Of a stretch of 64,000 nucleotides of DNA, positions 49,401 through 59,335 are shown one piece after another; positions within the stretch are counted from its first letter, which is position 1; every line of letters begins with the position of its first letter. The position numbers and the translations under genes are program-made. The notes under the pieces are model-generated. The model saw only the letters and a list, made by a program, of their open reading frames with translations, was not told the origin of the DNA and searched no databases. This DNA is from Phallusia mammillata (lineage: Eukaryota): contig OZ281496.1 of the NCBI GenBank assembly GCA_965637545.1, forward strand, positions 28,458,001 to 28,522,000, in the 5' to 3' direction.

Positions 49401-49839
49401 AGATGGAGAGAACTCACCCTTGTATGTAAAAATCTCTGATTTCGGCCTTTCTCGTGTCGTGAATGAGGAGGAATCGTACTACAGAGGAAACCTTGATGAT
49501 TTTCCTGCATTATGGTATGCTCCTGAGTGCCTATGTCCTTCAGACATATCAGTACCTTTTCAGTTTGAGTCTGATGTGTGGTCATTTGGAATTACAATTT
49601 GGGAGATGTTTTCATTCGGAGAAAAAAAGCCAAGGTACCCTTCCTTACCCTCAGTCAAAAGAGAAGACATTGGAAAACTGAGAGAACTGCTGTCAAATGG
49701 GGAAAGGCTTTTGCAGCCTGAGCACTGTCCTCCTGAGGTGTATGATATAATGGGTTTGTGCTGGCAGTTCAACCCACAAGCAAGAATTGGGTTCAATGAT
49801 CTGCAGCAACGCTTTATTGCCCTAGCTGGTAATGCATAG
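46447..49839 (+). CDS. JAK: Janus kinase, paralog B (single coding exon, 1130 aa)
   Basis: Same FERM-SH2-pseudokinase (HGNIRGKNVLL, KLGDPG)-kinase (GNGHFG, HRDLALRN, DFG, ESYY, WYAPE) layout. Acceptor ttttatacag 6 nt before the ATG. Confidence 0.95.
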   Translation: MDNDNQREIKIVVKLFQTDSNAEDGGTVYQKHLVNSTTVTISQPADATLETVFQACAEKCQISPIYISLFGLKDSDTGLWVNFACTISSYIARKKNFDSLHLEFRVRYIFTNDCPGTTGQQHLAYRFSVENGRKHDVMNDTVLRYLFFQQRDDFREGKLKISENVLDEDSANLGIAVLDLLRLACELQKDLRTVVDHVSLKKMVSRSYADWLSTRHMLRKIMIKHRFQHYVGHFEERYRQCLDARSTALYFHIKYLKNLEILMGSQNVEEYAVVSKSQDPDECNKISIGPYCEIVKHSNSQMTGSKWCGFSDLADLKLTSKEVNGVDCWTVTLVHISGDVLSVVLASLAEAESLASCIDGYYHLLVDTHHYLCKQVCRPSLVEELSMSCHGPISSSFSTYILKKLSRSEVGDCLLRRSHEKFGEYFINAIDMISHTNREVTVRNYKLDRASGLLGETPTEDSRPNGLAGLLEEFQNHHGNNLPFNIKRLVYPAVGQPNALLIHRENIETRGAADSHTDMTIIPQGAYKFQKHLGGGRFTEVTLCSKRDQRSDEVVVKKVYESEDPGLQQSIESSFEDSMIKFRQLNNWMDVEGKNKNIYIVQLKGTIMSKHLVLEYVPHGSIVKYAQQNREFPGAEWIMSVIWQLAHACAYLESKNCAHGNIRGKNVLLKHTGDHPFIKLGDPGVRTCQRNLNNKIVVEPSLSAPWLAYEYCLVDFMPSTAIPSINGDKWSFATTVCEICHWSLSSSFCRPENAYGLKPNLKERFRDQEQPVVSLPDMLMAPELKTVRNLLMKCWSIWPENRPAFRHILRELGAVSSNFDYQNVELPQTAPEEILPDLDVYDDQNLMTVRSLGNGHFGYVDLCQYDRYRNGQNEPVAVKSLIRNANNQKYRNILYNEIQTMRQINHRYVVKLKGVTFPSVRIVMEYLACGPLGKYLRDNSGKMPLQSLFHQLYVFSSQISDGMQALQEHRLIHRDLALRNILLNRDGENSPLYVKISDFGLSRVVNEEESYYRGNLDDFPALWYAPECLCPSDISVPFQFESDVWSFGITIWEMFSFGEKKPRYPSLPSVKREDIGKLRELLSNGERLLQPEHCPPEVYDIMGLCWQFNPQARIGFNDLQQRFIALAGNA

Positions 49840-51155
49840 TATGCAAATACTGATCTTTAATGACTGTCTTGGCAATATGGTACATTAAGACAATAGTATA
49901 CAACGCAATCCTGTTCAATTTGGGTTAGATACTATGTTTCAAAAATGTGCAATACATAACACTTTGGAGAAATAATTTGCTTTTCATCACATAATTTTAT
50001 AAAAACATACAAAATTGCGGTTGCAGTTTAATCATGTAGATATGTTGTTGTATTGTTCAGCTGAATGTCAGCATGCACTTTTTTACTTGTTTTCATTCTT
50101 TTGAAATCATTTTCATGAGTTTTATGTGTATCAAACCAAAAAAATTCATTCTTGTGTGTTACTGAATCTGCCTTATGTTTTTTTTACCATTTTTATGTTG
50201 TTGTTGTTGTTGTTTTGTATAACACCCCAGAATGAACTTATCAAACATTTTCAAATTCCGCTCTATGCTTTTACATTTTCACATTTAGTCTGGTACTTTA
50301 TGTAATTGACAAACCTTTCAAATTTGTTGGTGCATATCTACTAATTTTGTGCGACTGCATAATGCTGCAGTTTCCAGTAATACAGTAACACAATAGTTGC
50401 AGCACAGCATACAGACTGCTGGGCCGGTTGCACCAAAAGGCCTGACACATTTGATATCTCCTTCCTGTATTGTTTTCCATTTAAACTCTATTTGTAGTTT
50501 CATGTGGTTGGCTCTGCTATCATCCTTGTTATCGATTGTGTTTTGTTGCTACTGTTGTAATATACTCATTATCCAGTGTTACTTGGAATGGGTCTGGTTA
50601 TTGTGAACCTCAATAAAGGTTACAGAAAAGTCTTTCAAATGACAAATTGTAAACTTTTTCTTGTATTTCTTAGTTCAGTGTGTAAACACAGTAGCCACTT
50701 CATCACAATTTGCTAAATTTTATATAGAATGACCACACTGTCTACCAGTGGCATTGAAACAGCAGAATATATTGATTGTCCCATAGATTTTATTGTATTG
50801 TTTACACAATAAAGGTGAACGCTACATGTCCTTAAAACTTAACCAGTTTTCAAATTTCAAAGACATAATTTTAATTTGAAATAGGCCTCAATAAAACACC
50901 TAAACCCATGTCTTAAACTACTTTTAATTTGAGTTAGGAGAAATAAAGTACAAGGGGAAAATTAGAAGAAAAATGTTGCTGATTGCCGGTAGAGCGCGGT
51001 CTGCTCAAACACACTGTTTGTACAGTACAGGTGTCAGCTTCATGTTGCTACAAACCTGTTTCCCTAATATGCTGGTTGTGTACTTCTGTTCAGTGACGTA
51101 GGCCAGGCCAATGCACTGGTGGGGGAAAAGTTTGGTTTAAAAACTTCTATTGTTT

Positions 51156-51177
51156 GGGGGGGGGGGGGGGGGGGGGG
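51156..51177. repeat. G22 homopolymer
   Basis: Direct read; length may be unreliable in the assembly. Confidence 0.9.
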
Positions 51178-51802
51178 TTAACCTTCGCCAACAGTTTGGT
51201 TACAAAATAGTTTTGTTGCCAGTGAGTTCAAAAATAAGTTACATAAAAGACATATTAAGGGCGTCTGAGCGCAATTATCGTGCATGCTAGAAACCAAAAA
51301 AGGCCTTATGTTTAAAAACTTAAACATAAAAGTGAATTGGAAAATCTCAAAAGTAAGCTAGTTCATATTAGCATCAAAGTTCTGCATCGTGATTGCTATT
51401 AATGAAATAATTCTTTGTACTGCGCGTTGGAGTATAAACGTGTTTTGCGTTGTTACCTGCTTCCCCTTCTGAGGAACCCGAATACCACGTCAAGGCGTCA
51501 GTCAAAGTAGAATCTTACGGTTTGTTAGGCAGGCACTGGAACATTGCTGACAAAATTTAGCAAAGCACCAAATGCCCTTTCTTTAACAAGGTCAAAACAA
51601 AACAAACCCAAATTTTCTCTGTAATAATTGTTATCTGTTGCTTCGATTTCACGAGTGTCAAACGCGTACATTTGAACAGTCGACACAGTAGTAATAGCCA
51701 AGTAAGCTATTTCGGAAACATGTGCATACTGTTTAATTACGAAAATAACAACCCAACTAGACTTCAAACAGGATGCTTTATTACTCAAACGTTTCGGCAA
51801 AT

Positions 51803-51945
51803 GCTAATGCCACCATCAGTGATATGAGGGGCCACATCAGTTACACCATTTTATTAACACCTGAGTTACATAAAATGTCGCTTTAAGTCGGTTTGGGCCG
51901 TTATTTTCCTCATTAAACTTATGAACATATCCGTGTATAGTGTCC
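51803..51945 (+). repeat. Dispersed repeat related to the CesA intron repeat at 24150-24400
   Basis: gctaatgcc..atcagtgat..ggccacatcagttacacc..atgtcgcttt..ttttcctcattaaacttatgaaca..gtgtatagtg is shared with the 24-kb copies. Confidence 0.75.
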
Positions 51946-52256
51946 TAATCTACCTGTTGTATTAGTTTACTGTTACTTTGGCTAGATTTAAGGGTATTGG
52001 ATAATTGTATAAAGTAGAAGCTGCTCAGATGTGATAGCGACATCAATACGCAAGGTTTACTTGTTTCTAAAACAACGTGTTTTTTACAGTGAGCATGGTT
52101 TGGGAAAACTTCGTAGATCTTGGGGAAAAAAGTACAATCTTCAGACACAAATCGACATGGGTGGCAGAAAGAGTCACGGACCAGAACGCGTGATGGCAAA
52201 ATATAAACAACGCAAAAATAAAGGAACATTAAAAAACAACGAATGTATAAGTTTGG

Positions 52257-55200
52257 TCACAAATCAGTCATCACTAGACCCGTCGATTCTAGTTCATAAG
52301 TATGAGACAAAATTTCTCGGTCTCGGTGTCCTGGAGGTAGGCACAGTTTTTCAGCGACCAATCTCCTCGCACTGAGTTTCGCCTCAGCCTCGCCAACCGT
52401 CGGTAGAGGGCGACAAAGCTTTTCAAAGTTCAGACGGTCAAGAGGCTCAAGAAGTCGGTCAGGTCTGCCGCCAATTTTGGCGATCAAGTCCGGGGGCAAC
52501 ATGCTGAGGTCAGCGGGCAATGTTCCATATTCGCAAATATACCGGCCGCCACCGCCGATGCTAAGTTTGCGACTGGCGCGTTTCTGTTTTGAGCTGGGTC
52601 TTGCTGACTGTGGACGGTTGTGGTCGATCATTGTGCTGCCTTCGCTACGGTGCCGCGGTTTCATGATCGCCATCCTCTTTACAGGCGGCTTTTTTCTGCT
52701 ACTGACTGTGCCTGGACCAGCCCATGTTGCCTGTGAGTATATAGGCATTTCTATGACAGTTCCCCCACCAGTTGGGGACGTAAGTGAGGTTGTCTTGTAC
52801 TTTATGTCCGGCTTTGCTGCTTTAGCTTTACTTTTAACTTTCTTTTGAGGACTGTCGCTTTTAGGTGGCAAGAAGACTTCATTTGTTTCGTTGACAACAT
52901 TTGCTACAACTTTGACCTCCTCAACAGTTCGTGCCCGTTTTTCGGTGCGTAATTTTCGTCGCCGAACTCTGCTTGACGTTCGCCCGGCTGCAGCGAAACC
53001 CGGTTCCGATTCCCAACCGTCGCTGGCTGCGCGCTTGCTCCGGCGCCGACGGTTACTTCTGGACTTAGAACGCCTTGAACTTAACCGAGCACCACCGTCG
53101 CTATCATACTGTCGCATTAGGCGCTTGGATTTGCTTCTTCGCGTCACGCAAGAGTCCGCCATGCTTTCTGTGTCACTGCTCTGCTGGTTTTCAAAAGTTG
53201 AATCGTCGCTTTCTGCTTCCTTCATCACGGATTGGAACACTTCGGAGCGCACAGTGTTTTGCTGGGACTCGGTGCGCTCGTCAAATGGAAACCGGGTTTG
53301 GGGGATTGCGGCGCTTGCCTTAAGATCGTGGCGCAATGCCTCGATAGCCTCGCCGGCTTCGCTTTCATACATCTCCACAATGTCCTCGTTTTCGATCACA
53401 GAGCAGTCGTGGAATGCTGAATCACAATCCGAGACTCTTTTGCGTCTGTCGACCACTCTTAGCCGCGATGCGTTCTTGCGCTTTCTCCAACCTCGCCCGT
53501 CTCCGGTCTCAACATCAGAAACATAATCGGATGTGTTACTGGGCTTGCTGCTCAGCTGGGACGAAATAGCGGACAGGTGACGCGCACTACGTTCTTCGCT
53601 GTACTTGCTCAGAGTCTGGTCCCCGGAAAAGTCATTGTAGACCTCGATGTTAACAGAGTAGGGACGGCTCTGCTCGACGCCGTTAATTTTTGTGTTCAAT
53701 GGCTTACGAAGAGTGGCGGAATTAGAGCGCTTGAGATTACAGCTCTCATTGGCAAACATTTGTATCTTAGATTCTGTAGTCATCATCAATGTAGCCGGTA
53801 ATGTGCGGTCCTGGTAGAGCCCAATGTCATTTGGTAGCTTTTGTGACTCCTTACTCTTTCGTCGGGAATCCCGCGAGCTTCGCCTCACCCTATCGCCACT
53901 TGCAGGACTTGGATTGCTGCAAACCTTTGATGTTTTGGTTGGGGAAGGAGTTTTATCAGTGGCTGACACAGGTGGAGTTTTTCTTGCGGGTGATTTAGGT
54001 TTTGTTACAGTCTCAGTAACAGTGGTTACCTTCTTATTATCTACCGGGCTAGGCAGTCTGTAGTCGGCGTTATGAGAGGCGATGGAATGCCTCGACAGGT
54101 TTGGATCGTTGTTGTTGTTAATGTGCCACCTAGCGGCCACTGTTTTGTCTCCGAACGGACGCAAGTGAGACGGTGTCTTTCGCGATTTGTTGCAGCACAG
54201 ACGAGGATAATGGCCATGTTTTCGTCGGTACCACCTTAATACAACAAAAATATTTTAGTCTAAGACACAATATTGGTCGTATTTAGTGTTTCTTTTTAAC
54301 CCAGGTATGTAGGCGCTAAAATGCTGAAGGTTTGATTTATAAGCAGGCATGAAAATTAACAGCATCATGCTTTTCAGATGTGCCATGAATGGATATCACA
54401 AAACAAACTGAACCACGAAACACATCAACACATTGATAGTTTGTGCAGGATAACTTAAAAATTAGCATAGAATCATGACACTAGATTTGTGTTTTTTTAG
54501 GCAACGTGTATTTGATTAGACTCTCATAAACGACAAACGGACAAAGACGCCTTCAAGTAATCTTTAAGGCCGACCAAATGACCACACTCAGGAAATCTGA
54601 CGACGATTTCAAGTGAACACAACAACATGAGTGAAATCAATGTGATGGGAAACCTTGCGGTCGTTAAAGTGCCAATCAATGTTTCTCAACCTTTCAGATC
54701 TTAAACTCATCAAAAATACACAGTGAGATAAACATAAAGTGAAAAATAGGCTTGTATGTCATAAGGCAGGGATGTGCAACCTTTGATACTTTGGATCCAA
54801 ATACAATTACCAAAATTAGATCGCGGGCCGCACCCGTGTATAACACAAGGTGATTTTACTTTGTTGCATACCAAATATGCTACAAGTAAAATTCGCATTT
54901 GATTCTAGCCACATATTACCAGGTTACAGAAAAATAGCATCGGGCGCATTAATCTGCTCAAAAATATAAGTTATATTAGTTAAACTCGTTTGTCAGTACA
55001 TTTGAAATCCCAGCATCTCTGCGGGCCGCACAACCTTTAACGAAGGGCCGCAGGTTGCCCACCCCTGTCATAAGGTGTTCGCGGACTCACGAAAACCTTT
55101 AACAGGCTTTTTTGAATTCGCAGAGTCGGGGTTGAGAAACACTGGTGTAAAATGCACGCGTGTGTGGCATGCGGCACTGGGCGTTACCAAAAATATGCTT

Positions 55201-56817
55201 TGTGCAAAAGCGTTGCAAACTGTCAGTACCAACAGTTTAGATAGCAGTTGTTGGGTTTCGCCCCGACAGATTCCGACTGGGCTTTTTTCCAACGGTTCCT
55301 GCAGACACAACCCAAGATTCACAACCAGTCGTTACCGATGTCACGTTACTCTTGTTGTAATACCAATTGCGTGCACATGATATTGAGCGACAATATAATT
55401 AAACTTATGCAGCAAGTTTTGCGTCAAGATAGACATCAAGCATTGTTAGATTCACGGAACTGATTCGTGTTTGTGAAATCTTGTCTGTGGTGCATATGAA
55501 GTATAATGTTCGCTTGTCCCTTTCTACATGCAGAATGTACAATCTGCGGGCGATCAACGTGTATTAGCATAAATTCAGTGGTTTAGTGGGTGCAATGAGA
55601 AAAACTCTTTTGTTAGACATTGGACTTCCATTAACATGGCCTCAAATTACTTTATGATTCAAAAATAATATTATATATTTCGATCGTGGAAGCTGTAATG
55701 CTGTTGACAACTGCAAAAAGGTTATTCCCCCATTGCCTAGTGATGCGACAAACAGAAAAAATAGCCAAGTTTAGACTTACCAGACGCGAAGTGCTATGGC
55801 AGCAATGACGAGGATAGTGAAAATTATGACCAACACCACAATCACCACGGTATTGTCACCACCAGCGGCGCCATCTGCAAATAATAGAGTTCAAAATTTA
55901 AGCAGAAAAATACAAACATTTCAAAGTTCAATTTCAGTTCAAATTTTCAGTTTTTTAACCAAACGCTAAATGCCACTTTATTTTATATCCGTCTTTTCAG
56001 TTTAAGCTTTGGTGTATAACTTTTCGGGTAGGATGGTCGCATGTGGCCATTAGGTTGCAGTATCAATGTTTATAGCAAGTACAAGTGAAAAGGAATTAAT
56101 GGATCAGCGCAAGACGCTTTGGATTTTGTTCAATACAGGTTCACACGGTTGGTTACTAAATAATCATTAGGCCGCCAAATACACAGCGTGTGAAATTCAA
56201 GGCCACATAAATAATTCAAACAACCCGTCCGAACATACAGGAGTAATTCGATGATTCCAGGATATAAAATAAATTAAAAACCGATTCGCCAGACCTCAGA
56301 GAGAAACTTGCCAAAGAAAAATGAATCCTGGTTTTACAAGCAAACAAATTTTGATTATAGGGACTGCATGAGTAAATTTTGCTTTAAAAAACGGTTTTTA
56401 TACGCGAGTGTTGTCTCCATATCTCGTGCTGAGCTTCTGGTAACTCGTAATTATATAAAATACTACACACAGTTTATCACAAGTTTAGGAAATCTTTATT
56501 TCCAGGCTGAAATCAGTTGACAATCTTTTTTTAAAAAAACAAACATATTTCGCCAAAAAAGCATCTTCAGTTTCTTATTCAAATAGAATCACAGTTTATA
56601 CAGTACTGTCATGCAATATTTTTCCATTTTTATTTATGTTTGATACCAAACAACATAACTGAACATATAGTTGCCGTATTATTATATAGCAGTGTTTTTG
56701 TTTCGAATATCATAGTGTAAAATATAACTTTATATGATAAACAAGATTTCGAAACCAACCAGTGGATGACGATGTAGTTGCTGTTGATGACGTCACAACT
56801 GGTTCGGAACTGCTCAT
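52257..56817 (-). CDS. Orphan type III single-pass membrane protein with long disordered cytoplasmic tail (about 709 aa, 3 coding exons)
   Basis: Exons 56760-56817 (MSSSEPVVTSSTATTSSST, with an in-frame stop upstream), 55781-55874 (TM VVIVVLVIIFTILVIAAIALRV) and 52257-54234 (WWYRRKH..LCC.. Ser/Arg/Lys/Pro-rich tail ending TDL). Splice phases are consistent. Confidence 0.8.
54677..55144. mobile_element. Older hAT MITE (outer)
   Basis: TIRs CAaTGTTTCTCAACC / GGTTGAGAAACACTG. TSD degraded (gtgccaat / gtgtaaaa). Confidence 0.65.
54767..55067. mobile_element. Younger hAT MITE nested in the outer MITE
   Basis: TIRs CAGGGATGTGCAACCT / AGGTTGCCCACCCCTG, subterminal gcgggccgc motifs, perfect 8-bp TSD TCATAAGG. 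Confidence 0.9.
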
Positions 56818-57729
56818 TTCTTCAAGTGGCGATTATCGGCTTTTCATTATATTCCCGCCTACTATCCGGATGTAGACTAATGGTTGAAAGCAAAGTGCAA
56901 CGTTTTTTGTCTTATTTGCAACACAGTCTGGAAGCAAAATCAACAGTAAAAAGCATGAACTTGTATTTATCATCATAGAGTGCCAGCAAGCACCTTTATT
57001 AATCTGTTTACGAATATACGAATAAGACAATACCCAAAGCAACAATAACCACTTAAATTGTAAAAGCATTTTACCCTTACATGATAAGTCAGCTACAGAC
57101 AGTACACATTATTGCCACCTACAAGGTCTCATAAGATCAAAACAGTGTAGACTGTGTGCACCTATACTGTTACAATTGTGACTGGTACACTGGTATGAAC
57201 AAATAGAAACCTCGTCATCCAAATAATTTTACTTGAACTTAAAAGCTCTAGCAACTACTCACGTTTCAGCAACTACTATTTCAATGCAAACCAACTAGTG
57301 GATGACTCGTCAAACAGTCAACTAGATCCCTAACTACGTGCTGTACGGGCTTCATCCACTCAACAAGCCACTCTACAGCCCAAAACACACTTGGTTGTCA
57401 CGACCTGATGTCATTCCACCTACTACTGTCAGTTAATTAAATGAAGTCAACTTGAGTTCACAATAATACAAGCATTTCGATGTCGTAGATACAGCGCTTT
57501 AACCTTGGTCAACTAATTGTCTTGTACACTTTTTTCCACCCACAAAATTTTAAACTTGCGAAACTGGTCCCAAGTTGCTTTCAGTTTATGATTCATTTAT
57601 AGTGCAAAGATGTCGCCATGTTTTCTTTTTCCAAACAAAATAGACTAACTCAACTCGCACCAAGTTTGCTTCATAGTCAAGCAGAAGTCTTTTAGTTCCT
57701 ATTTTTTGAACATACCATACACTATACAG

Positions 57730-57950
57730 CAGGGGTCGGCAACCTTTTTTGCACTGCGGACCGTTTTTGAAAGGATAACTTTATCGCGGACCGGTCTTTA
57801 AAAAAACTACAAATATTTAGCAATAAAAACGCCCAATTAGTTTATCACCCCCGGGATACATGGGCAAAATGTTTCATAGCATTTAACCTGAAAAATTTTA
57901 CGGCCCGGTAACAAACTGCTCGCGGACCGGTATCGGGCCGCGGACCACTG
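57730..57950. mobile_element. hAT MITE with a damaged right TIR
   Basis: Left TIR CAGGGGTCGGCAACC, cgcggaccg subrepeats, perfect 8-bp TSD CTATACAG on both sides. Confidence 0.8.
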
Positions 57951-58143
57951 CTATACAGTATACAGTTGGCGAAGAAATAGTCGATCGTTTATAGGCATGC
58001 AACCGTGGTTATACAAAAACATGAAAATAAACAGGTGTTCTCTAGACAAATACCCCACTGTATGCTTCCTTTCAAACAAGACCAAGGGGACGACTTAGTG
58101 CAGACCAGACGTAGGAATTAAGCACAATAAACAGCACGACTTA

Positions 58144-58430
58144 CAAAAATACACGTCTAACATTGTACAGAAAATCCTATACTTGACATCTGTTGCCTTT
58201 TCCGACGCCTGCCGCTAAAACCTTTACTTTCCTGCTGAGTCCACGTGCCCACGCGTGTACCCTCGTCACAGCGCTCAAAACAAACAAGCGACCCTCGGCG
58301 TTTATTCCATTAATAGGCCTTCCATCGCGTCGCCCAATTAACCAACCAATTAGCGACTCGGCATTGACATGATAGCGCTAAAACGTCACAATGGCCCCTC
58401 GCGATTGGCCAAAGCTCTTCGCGTGGATGT
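58144..58430 (-). promoter_or_regulatory. Probable promoter and non-coding first exon of the membrane-protein gene
   Basis: CpG-rich patch with several CCAAT/ATTGG and CGTCA motifs at 58325-58420, and a minus-strand gtaagt donor at about 58143. Confidence 0.35.
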
Positions 58431-58633
58431 TGTCCGTGGGTTTAATTACAAGCGACGGAAAATGGCTTTTAGTTGATTTGTCCGCGATCCATCATAACGC
58501 CAACGCCTTTAGACCATGTAGTCAGAAATAGTTGAAAAATAAACTCCTTGCACTGACTTTTGGAAAATAAATTTATTACATAGCTATGCGAGCCATTACA
58601 CTTGTTCGAGACACAACGTACTATATACATTTG

Positions 58634-59335
58634 TCACCAACGTGAATCGAACCCCAAAGGTCATTCAGAAACATTTTTACTCGTATATATTACCGGACAT
58701 TACAGTTTGTTTGCGATCAAAAACAATGGAATTGTTACCAACAATAATCTAACTACAAAGCCATGACACTTTGGGAACTCTTATTTGCGACCGTTAGAGA
58801 ACAGTAAGGTCCCTGCAAGCCACTACAGTCGTTCAAGGCAAAACGTACCAACTGATTTTTTCACCAACGTGGATTTAACCCCAAAGTTCAGTTGCTGCCA
58901 TTTTACTTGTATATAGGCTATAGAACCACCTCTACGCGTTTGCTATCTCTATTTTATCATAGATTTCCTACTCCTTAACGCGGCGACCCAATATCGTTGT
59001 TTGCACAAAGACTAAATTAACTTCATCACGCTGATACGTGCTACGCCGTATATCTTCTGCCGCACCTACACAAGTTATAAAACACATGCTTTTATGAGAT
59101 CCAGTCTCACACGAAGTCACATGTCAAGAGTGGCTTCTTGTAAACGACAATTCCTCCGTTTAATTCCTGGGCAAACTTACCCGCCCCGAACGTGCGCTAT
59201 CTAATATCAACATTGCTCGGCATTTATCGATACACCGAGCTCTCTCAAGGATGTTTGTCAAACGGTGAGGATTCGAAACCGTTGTTACGCACACAATGGA
59301 ATCGCGTTGACAGACGCTTTGAACGCTCAATCATA
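58634..59335 (-). mobile_element. Degraded tRNA-derived SINE remnants (three)
   Basis: Related blocks at 58634-58697 and 58861-58915 (B-box-like GGGGTTCGATTC) and at 59262-59335 (GGTTTCGAATCC). Confidence 0.4.

Noticed and set aside
50298-51520. Possible spliced antisense transcript converging on JAK-B (donor near 51455)
   Set aside because: Only isolated splice-like sites and short ORFs; not supportable without RNA data.
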